Below, in pieces: positions 51,120 through 60,218 of a stretch of DNA of 64,000 nt (position 1 is its first letter; every line of letters starts with the position of its first letter). The position numbers and the translations under genes were made by a program. The stretch comes from Dimorphilus gyrociliatus (lineage: Eukaryota; Animalia; Annelida). The DNA is taken from positions 28,569 to 92,568 of the forward strand of contig CAJFCJ010000005.1 in assembly GCA_904063045.1 (NCBI GenBank), given 5' to 3'. Under the pieces are notes generated by a model. It had not been told where the DNA came from, did not search any database, and worked only from the letters and a program-made list of their open reading frames with translations.

Positions 51120-51542
51120 GATGGATTTACAGAAGGCTGTAGCTCTTAACTGTACTAATTGCTGCTGGTGATTGAATACAAATAGTACATTTTGTTTCAG
51201 GAGAGGTAGTATGCATTGTTACATCAATCAGTGTTCTTGTGCTGGTGCCAAAAAGAAGTTCCTGGGGTGGTAGTCTTGTACTTCCTACAGGTGATTGATT
51301 CAAAAATGCTTGAATCAAGGGTAGGTTTGCAACCCAGTTATGCTGATTTTCTTCCACCACTAATTTATTGATTTCCTTCCTCACTTCTCTATTTCTTCTT
51401 CACTAGTCCATTGCTCTGGCTTCTATAAGCTGTTGTTTGGATTTTCTCAATACCTAATACTCCATAACTCTTTAAAAGCTTTACCAACAAAGTTTCTTCC
51501 TTGATCTGTCACATTTGTTTTGGAATTCCAAAATGGGAAAAA

Positions 51543-51803
51543 NNNNNNNNNNNNNNNNNNNNNNNNNNNNNNNNNNNNNNNNNNNNNNNNNNNNNNNNNN
51601 NNNNNNNNNNNNNNNNNNNNNNNNNNNNNNNNNNNNNNNNNNNNNNNNNNNNNNNNNNNNNNNNNNNNNNNNNNNNNNNNNNNNNNNNNNNNNNNNNNNN
51701 NNNNNNNNNNNNNNNNNNNNNNNNNNNNNNNNNNNNNNNNNNNNNNNNNNNNNNNNNNNNNNNNNNNNNNNNNNNNNNNNNNNNNNNNNNNNNNNNNNNN
51801 NNN
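51543..51803. other. Assembly gap (261 N)
   Basis: Run of N; must hide or misrepresent both elements' 5' halves. Confidence 1.
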
Positions 51804-51989
51804 CAGTATGAACATACACCAGAGTTAACTTTTGTAGCTACCAGTGAAACAGTGAAGAGAAAATGATTTGTCTTCTGTTGACTTACAGTCAGAGCAAGAA
51901 AAAGATGTGAATTTAAAATCAATTAAAGAATATTTAACATTGGATGGTCAGCTACCTATTCCTTATTTTGGAACTTTTACACCTTCATA

Positions 51990-53100
51990 ATGGAGATGTT
52001 TGTTCACAAGGAAATGATCTGGATTATCCTTGAAGAAAGAAACATTCTGGTTTTACCTGACCATTTGATGCTAACTCTGCTCCCTAAATTCCATAAAAAT
52101 AAAATTCACAATCACCATGGACCCAGAATGACATTACAAATAATTACAAAGACCTTTTGGCACCCAAAATTAAAGATTATGATTGAGAATTCAATAAAGG
52201 ATTGCACTTTGTGTGAACAAATGAATGGTAGGAGTAGAGTATACCCTTTGGTAGAAACCTTTCACCCTGCATCACCAATGGAGTTGGTAGCCATGGATAT
52301 AATGGGACCCTTACCCATGGTTAAGTCATACAGATTCATACTTGTGATAGTGGATCATTTCAGTAGATACACAGTTTTATATGCACTCAAACAGCAAACC
52401 AGTAAAGAAATTGCAAACCTTCTTTTCAACAGATTTTTCCCATTTTTGGAATTCCAAAACAAATGTTGACAGATCAAGGAAGAAACTTTGTTGGTAAAGC
52501 TTTTAAAGAGTTTATGAAGGTATTAGGTATTGAGAAAATCCAAACAACAGCTTATAGAAGCCAGAGCAATGGACTAGTTGAACGAAGAAATAGAGAAGTG
52601 AGGAAGGAAATCAATAAATTAGTGGTGGAAGAAAATCAGCATAACTGGGTTGCAAACCTACCCTTGATTCAAGCATTTTTGAATCAATCACCTGTAGGAA
52701 GTACAAGACTACCACCCCAGGAACTTCTTTTTGGCACCAGCACAAGAACACTGATTGATGTAACAATGCATACTACCTCTCCTGAAACAAATGTACTATT
52801 TGTATTCAATCACCAGCAGCAATTAGTACAGTTAAGAGCTACAGCCTTCTGTAAATCCATCATGGCAAAAGAACAATATAGGGAAAGAAAGAATAGAAAT
52901 CTCAATCTTCCAAAATATTTTGAGGTTGATGATGAAGTATTCTTAAGAAATGATGCTGCAAGAATTGCAATAACAAAAATCCCTTCTTTAAAATGGTTAG
53001 GCCCATACCGAATAACAAAAGTCAATCATCAAAAGTGGATATATGAAATACAAATGGATGATAATACATGCAAGTTGGTACATGGTAGCAGATTAAGACT
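51990..53100 (+). pseudogene. Gypsy-type integrase (HHCC zinc domain, DDE core, GPY/F-SH3 tail), one homopolymer frameshift near 52445
   Basis: H..HHG..FWHPKL..CTLC; VAMDIMGPLP; IVDHFSR; TDQGRNF; SNGLVERRN; WLGPYRI..VHGSRLR. Confidence 0.9.
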
Positions 53101-53199
53101 AGCCAATGAATCTAATAAGTTGGAAACAGGGAAAGAAGCAACAACAATCTTTCACCTTGTGGAGAAGGAAATAACACACCTCCAATATCTTTCTCAGGT

Positions 53200-53560
53200 A
53201 GAAGGAAGAAATGACTTCCAATTCCGTTTGAAGAATCAAAAAGGCCAAGAAGTCATTGCCTTGTGTGACACAGGAGCATTGAGATCCTTTATTACTGAAA
53301 AGAAATCAAGTTAATGGATGTTACAATTATGGATAAAGAAACAATTGGCTTACCAATTATAACTTCAGCTGATGGGAAAGCTTTAAACCAAAAAGGAAGC
53401 GTAAAGCTGAATATCCAATTTGCTGGAGAAAGTATGGAACAAGAATTTATAGTTATGGAAAATCTAGACATAGCAATAATACTTGGTTGTGATTTCCTAC
53501 AAACTGTGGGAGCAAACCTCAATTTTTAAGCTAAACAGTGTTCTCTCAAATTTGATAGAA
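53200..53560 (+). pseudogene. Retropepsin-type aspartic protease downstream of integrase (frameshift ~53300 and TAA 53527 in this copy; intact at ~50410-50770 in the left copy)
   Basis: VIALCDTGALRSFI..ITSADGKAL...G.VKLNIQF..EFIVMENLDIAIILGCDFL. Confidence 0.85.
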
Positions 53561-54201
53561 GGAAAGGGAACCTGGCTGAAAGAATAAGGCAACCTCAACT
53601 AAACAAAGTCACTATAGCCATGATGGGACAGCATGACTCTTCATCAGAAAGCTCAGATAGTGATGACTCAGAGATGGAAGTTACTAATTCTGATACTGGT
53701 TATGACACAAGCAATACTTTCAAAACAGACAGTAATTACAGTCTCAATAAACCTTCAAGCTCATCTGAAAGTGATGACACAGAAACAAATAATGAACTGG
53801 ATCAAAATACAGATTCAGAGGCAAACATTATCTCTGATAGAGAAGATGAAATATCTAGTTCAGACGATGAGTCAATAATTATTGAAAGCGAAATTATTGA
53901 TATAACCCATTCTGATAATGAGTCAATAATTATTGAAGGTGAAATTATTGACATAACCCATTCGGATAATGAGTCCCTCATAGTGGTAGATTCATCCCAA
54001 GATGAGAAAGAAAATACAAGTGACACAGACAATGAGTCAGTCATATTTTTAGATGAGACTAAAATCATCTCTGAACAATTAGATTCCCAACAAGAAGTGG
54101 AACCACAATATATAGAGTTAGAAGATGGAATAACTATCAGAGTGGAACAACAACACAAAACTTTCAACCATTCAACTATAGCCAACACAGGAAGAGCTAA
54201 C

Positions 54202-56622
54202 ATGAAACAGATGTTGTGGCTTCCACTAGTGATGACTGTAATGGTGATCTGTGGCTGCATCCACTCAATAACAGTCCCAAAACCATCCTACCAAGGTGCC
54301 CATGTTACAAGTGCAAACATTACCTTAACATTTAAACCACCGTTATACTTTTGTTCTAACCAACTACCAAGCCAGGCATTTGATCTAGCAGATGAGCCAA
54401 CTTGTAATATAGAATCACAAGAAACCAAGACAATTACAGCTGATATCTATGAATTGAACTTGGAAGAAATTGAAACAAGAGCAGTAAAATGTCAAGTGTA
54501 TCTAAGAACTAATTTTTACACTTACTATTTCTTTGGAGCAAAGAAGAGGAGGATTGTTAACTCAGTTATCAAAGTAACTCATGATCAATGCAGACAGATG
54601 ATAAAAGACAAACGATCTTTTCAAGGAAAACCTTTAATGGTGAAAAGAAACACTTGGATCCACCAAGATCAGTTTCCTGCTGCCTACACATGGCCAACAA
54701 CTACCAAGGTGCTGGAATACACCACAATTATCCAGTTTGGCAAAGCATATTGGCAACCTCCTAATATGAAAATTACAACTAATCTGGACTACCTGGAAGA
54801 TTGTTTACCAGGGCAGTCCTATTGTGAGACAGAAGAGGCAATTATTGTCTTTAGAAACCTCAAGAATAATTACACACTTGGGCAACAATCACCATGGATA
54901 AAAATTAGCAACAGAATTAGTTGTATCAAATTTGCTGGTCACTATTCTTGTCCAGGGTATTCTATTCTGGACATCCCTTATCAAGATAAGTTTATTGATG
55001 GAATTGGTGGTCCTGGAACAAAAGTACTAGTACCACTGGAGGAACAGAGTTTAATACAGGAAACAAGCAAGGAACACCTATACAATTTGCTACAATATCA
55101 GAAGATTGGCAAAAATGAAGAAAAACGACTATTAAACTATCCCAATAAAGTTAAAGAACAAATTATACTATACAAGCGAAACAACCCCTTACCAAGTCTT
55201 AACCAATGGTACAGAGAAACAAACACAAAGTATAAACTAATGAGAAATAAAGGCACACTCAAGGAAGTTGTGATATATCATCTACAACAACCCATTAGTC
55301 CAGCTTACTGGGAGCTGGATAACTATTATATCCAAGAAATGCTGCAAGCAGTCAATTGGACAAGGGCAACAAGACAATCTGTCACGATTTCAAAATATGT
55401 ATACAGTGAGAAAAGAATCAAAAAGAAGGTATTACCAACATTGGGCATATGGTATAAAGGACCACCAGCCAGAGAATTTAAGATTACCTATGAAGGAATT
55501 TATTTTACTCTACACATGAGAATGGCTAAAAAGCAGATGAAGAAGGAAGCAAAACTGAAACATAAGATAAGTAAAAACCCATACCACAAATTCCCATTGG
55601 AAATGAGAGAAGCTGCCCAAACATCTACCTTACTACATGGTATTGATTCAAATTTTAAGAATTTAAAAAAGTTTACCCAACAGCTGTCAAGTCTTCTCTG
55701 CAATCAATTTGTTCAAAGAAGCAGAATGATGGCATTACTAGCAAATTTGGATCCTCAATTGACCACAGTGTTAACAAATGAGTTGGGAATGCACAGTAGT
55801 CAGATGGGAGAATTAGCTATAATTAAACAATGTTCACCAATAGCCTCAACAGAAGTAGTTTGTGACTTAAGCATGATAAAAAAGAATAACAAATGTTCTC
55901 AATTTTTACTTGTCACCATGAACAACCTGCTTTTCCAAGTAGAACCAGTTACTCATGTTTTACAGCAAGTCAATCCTGAAGAGATTACCTATAATGAGTG
56001 TAAGTCTAACAAGTTATTCTACAAAACAACTCACAACCCATTAAATCCTATAAGAAACCAACCAATGAAAGACAAAACGTATGTGTATTATTCAGAAAGA
56101 GGATGCAGATTTCACACTGTGTCTGCAAAATCCATGCAGTTACATATCCACAATCACCTTTCTGAACCAAAAATTGAAATTGCCAGATTAGCTGATCTAC
56201 TCCACCATGGGGTAAAGAAGGATATTGCATACCAGCACTCAAAAATTAAGCAAGTTATCAGTTCACTGGAACAGAAGCAGGCAAGGTATGATAACATGGT
56301 CACTGTTGCAGAGAAAAATGGCATTGTACCCAATTTATCTGGAATTAAAAAGTTTTTCCATAGTTGGTACTATAAACCTGGGAAAACACTTTATGTTATC
56401 ATATGAAATATTTGTTTGAGTATTGTAGTGTCAATGGTATGTATCATCATTTTCAACTATATTATTGGAAGAAGAAAACAAAGAGAAGAAATTGCTACCC
56501 CAAGTGAGAGCACAGATAACTCTCCTGAAAACCCAAAACTAATGAAACAAAGTTGTAGCTTTAGTCAACATCAAACTAATGAAGAAGAACAACCACCTGT
56601 AATTCTCATTAAATCAAGATGA
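54202..56622 (+). pseudogene. Envelope-like glycoprotein, probably class III fusogen (gB/chuvirus-G-like); premature TGA at 56404 before the TM
   Basis: Hydrophobic signal; Cys-spaced ectodomain (YFC..PTC..AVKC..YFFGAK..DQC..YTW..DC..SYC); LLCNQ..LDP..IKQC..KC..VEP..EC; N-glycan sequons NIT, NYT, NWT, NLS; TM plus GRRKQR. Fold assignment is pattern-based inference. Confidence 0.7.
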
Positions 56623-56653
56623 AGGGACTCATCTTCACAAAGAAGGGGGAAGT

Positions 56654-57288
56654 TGTACAACTTTGGTTATATTTTACATGCTTGAACTCTATTATTTTAT
56701 GCAACATATACATGTACATCTTAAAACCTACGCAAGAAAATGCTATAACATTGGCCAAACATAAGTCTGATTAGTCAGCTTGAAGGTTCATCTTTAATTA
56801 CCAATAAAGGTTTGGCCAAGTTATAATTTAATTAACTTGCCTAGGGTGTGGCCAAGTTATAATTCAATTAACCTTCCTAAATGTTGAACCTTGTAACATC
56901 CTGTTACTAAAGATAAATATGAACTACACATTTTGGCAACTGTAAAGTGATGATTGGATGTCAGAGACAAACCTCAAAGTATATAAATCCTCATTATTCT
57001 CATTTGGCATGCAGCTTCCATCTGGACCCAAGGACCTGGGAAAATCATCTGGAAACAACCTCCACTGGAACCATCCATCTACTCCTCAACATTGGAAGAC
57101 AGTTTGGTAATTTGGCAACCTGCTATTACAAACTATCTACTCTGCTATTGAACTCTCATATTGTTACTTGCTTAAGTATTATTATTGCGAATAAACCATT
57201 TTAATTTAAACATTTGTTTAAAGGTTCGAGTAGAACCAGTATTGTTATAACTTGCAAACGCATAGATTTTGCCAGCAAGAGCAGTACA
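56654..57288 (+). repeat. 3' LTR (family A), 635 bp, with a 36-bp tandem duplication
   Basis: TGTACAAC...GCAGTACA; AATAAA at ~57190; duplication 56813-56878 absent from the left LTR. Confidence 0.85.
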
Positions 57289-57924
57289 ATACTAAGGCTG
57301 AAACCATACTTTTATGGCACAATTTTCCATCACATCCAGTTTCCTTAGCTAAAAATTAAATATCTGTTCAAAATCTTCTTACTCTCATTCAGATGGTAGA
57401 AAAGTTATTATCTTCAATACTACTCTACATCGAATCTGCATGTTATATAATTTCTTTGAAGAATTTATATATTCATGCATTCCTTTCCAATCAAAATCAT
57501 ATTTGCAATTGAGAATGCAGACAGATGATATGTTGAGAATAAATCTTATCAATCCAATAGTTCACATTACCAAATATATTTCAACAGACGAAATTATTTG
57601 TAAAGCTGTTAATAGAACTCAAATTAATAATTCCTTCTTGGATTTGGTTTTTATAAAAGTGAACAAACTGATAAAGAATTTAATATGTGATCTATATTCT
57701 TCAGAAATCTAATGACATGAATCTTAGATGTTTGTTTCTTATGCAATCGTCAATATGTTGTCTGTAAAGTATTTTCTCTGTTTTCATGAATTTTTCCTGT
57801 TCAATAGGAGATGTTTAAAAAATAGAAAAAATTTAGAGGTAATTGAGAGTTTCAAATATATAGAAGGAGCCACTATGGCTAATAAAATATGTCTTTTGGA
57901 AACCGTACGTTACATTTTCATCAA

Positions 57925-58100
57925 TATTTGTACTCAATGGGATATTTTGGTAATGCTATGATAGTTTCATTAGCAGAACAAAGAATTTTAATACTACGAT
58001 CCTACAAATTTATATGAGAGTTCTGGCAGTGTTTGACACATTTTCAATGTTTGCCAATTTCAACATGGCTATGCTATTGTTGATAGATTAATGATCTCTA
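57925..58100 (+). pseudogene. Rhodopsin-like GPCR TM1-TM2 remnant
   Basis: SMGYFGNAMIVSL / KNFNTTILQIYMRVLAVFDTFSMF (GN..., LAxxD) across a frameshift. Confidence 0.35.
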
Positions 58101-60218
58101 TATGGGCAGATGGAACAGTTGAATTTATTCAGTAGGGCGATAATAGATATACTAGTACTGTTTCACGTTAGCATTCAAGCAAAAATTTTCAATTGTATAA
58201 AAATACTTCGTCAGCATTTATTGATAATTTTTTGTGTTGTATAGCTCCTTGTATTGATATTTTATTGATGATTATTGCTATAATATCTGTTCTGGATAAG
58301 AGGAATAGAATGAGGTAAAGGGTAACAACTGCCAGTAAAGAGAATAATTGTAGAATCCTAAATTCACAAACAATATGCAATTTTCACAGGCCTATTATAT
58401 TTTGGCTAACAGCAGTTGTTACTTTTATATTTATTATCTAAGTGGAAAAAAATTAGGAAGGTTTTCTTCAAGATCATCTATTGTAGGAAGAACAAGAAAG
58501 GGCCAACAAACACCAAACACTCCCTCTTAGGTTGTTAAAAGTGGTTGACTACTAACATGTTGTGTTCAATGTTGGGATATGATTCAGCCAATAAAGACAT
58601 CAATATACAGCTGATTAAACAGGATAATAAATCTTTGACCACTCAAAAGAACTACACATGAATAAAACTCGCTCAAACAGGACAAGAATTCCTTTATTAA
58701 TCAAAACCTATATAAAGATGTAGCTGTTCATTATTGCAATAGTCATCTGGATGATATGTCTTTTTAGGTGTTGTATATAAGGGGTTGAGATAAAACGGCC
58801 CAGTAGGCTAAAATTTACTGTAAGTTTTTTGGGCATTTCTAGAAAAATGTTCATGTTAATATTTTTCAGTTCATATAGGGCTGAACTGAGGGTTAGGAAG
58901 CATAAAATGAAAACAATCTTCTTAATTTATGGTTGTAGTTGGATGCCATGAACAATTCGCTTTCCAAAACCAATCTGAGTAAATAGCAGCAATGTTCAAG
59001 TAATTGTCGTGTGAGCTAGTAACGTCACAATATATAGATTTTGGTTCTCTTCAAAGCTACAATACTGTAATAAACTTAAATATTTAAATGGTTCAGCATC
59101 TTTCTCAATGCTTACTCATGTGATAAATGATAGTGAAAGTGATAGAACATTAGAATAGCATGAGTAAAGGACAGTTGACCCCCATCCAGACAGTTGACCC
59201 CAGGACAGTTGACCCCCTTCTGGACAGTTGACCCCTGGACAGTTGACCCCTGGACAGTTAACCCCTGGACAGTTGACCCCCTTCCAGAAAGTTGACCCCC
59301 CTCTGGACAGTTGACCCCTAAGATGGTTAATTCTTAGACTGTTGAACATTTTGACTTGTAAAACTGTCAATCTCATAAAGTTATTGTGTACTTCAATGAA
59401 AATCATCTTTTTTGAAAGAATTGAAAGTTGATAAGCGCTTACTTTTAATTAATGTTTAAATATATTGTTAAAATTGTTAGATTTTTGGATAAAAATGGCT
59501 TAGAAACCAAGCTCTCATATCATAAATCATTGATCTTACAATGAAATTTGAAGAATAGACTAATAATAATAAAATAAACTAAAATAATGAATTTCATATT
59601 CATCAAAATTTGTATTTCAAAAATTATGGAAAATACAAGTTGGAAATTTCTCTTAATACATCATCAGCTGTTTTATCAGCATTTGCAAATTCTTCCCAAA
59701 CTAAACATATTTTACCTTGCAATTCCTTGTATTTCACTTTCTGTATCCTACATATCTTTTTCTCTGACAACAACCTTTCATAAAGGGCAACAACCTTTGA
59801 TTCATGATTTAACTTCAAAATTAAATTGTAAAAATTAATGCTTTGTCCACAGTGACTGTTTAGTCTATGATGGCAGGATTCTACATCATTGTTGGTTCTG
59901 ATGGTCACTTGGTAGATTGACCAATTATTTATTTTCCAAATATTATTTCTGATAAAGATTCTTTCAAAATAATCCAAAAAATCCAGAAATAAATTATTCT
60001 CAACAAGTTCTCCTTTAATAGTTTTGAATTGTCTTTTAATGATGTTAGCAGGTAAGAATGGTAAAGACATTATTTTTCTAAGCATTTCACCTCCATAATT
60101 TTTTTCTTTCTAATCTTTTACAAATCCAAGATGCTTCAATAAATAAAAAACTTTTGTAATTCTCAAATGACTATTTATACAATGAATACTTGTATTTTCT
60201 TAAAAACTGCATTTTTAA

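Larger units (their letters stand above)
46728..51542 (-). mobile_element. Env-bearing Ty3/gypsy-type LTR retroelement, left copy (5' part lost in gap)
   Basis: Reverse complement of 52436-57288 with scattered substitutions; integrase core/C-term, protease, env, PPT, LTR. Confidence 0.9.
51804..57288 (+). mobile_element. Env-bearing Ty3/gypsy-type LTR retroelement, right copy (5' part lost in gap)
   Basis: Integrase, protease, env, PPT (56638-56652) and LTR (56654-57288). Confidence 0.9.

Noticed and set aside
51447-51922. ORFs of 98-137 aa in the ORF track
   Set aside because: Artefacts of translating through the N gap.
51804-53560. Copia- or Gmr1-type (integrase before RT) or Ginger DNA-transposon interpretation
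   Set aside because: No RT follows the integrase; a PPT, TG..CA LTRs and a GPY/F tail support a gypsy-type LTR element. RT cannot be confirmed because of the gap.
49720-54260. Antisense and alternative-frame ORFs (49720-50178, 53802-54260, 50509-50745 and others) present in both retroelement copies
   Set aside because: Shadows of the low-complexity spacer and protease frame; their presence in both copies only reflects copy identity.
59169-59320. CRISPR-like array of GGACAGTTGACCCC (also arrays at 8610-8700, 10930-11015, 60225-60335, 62770-62885)
   Set aside because: No unique spacers, no cas genes, eukaryotic context; the arrays are MULE subterminal repeats, inside TSD-bounded TIRs where both ends are visible.
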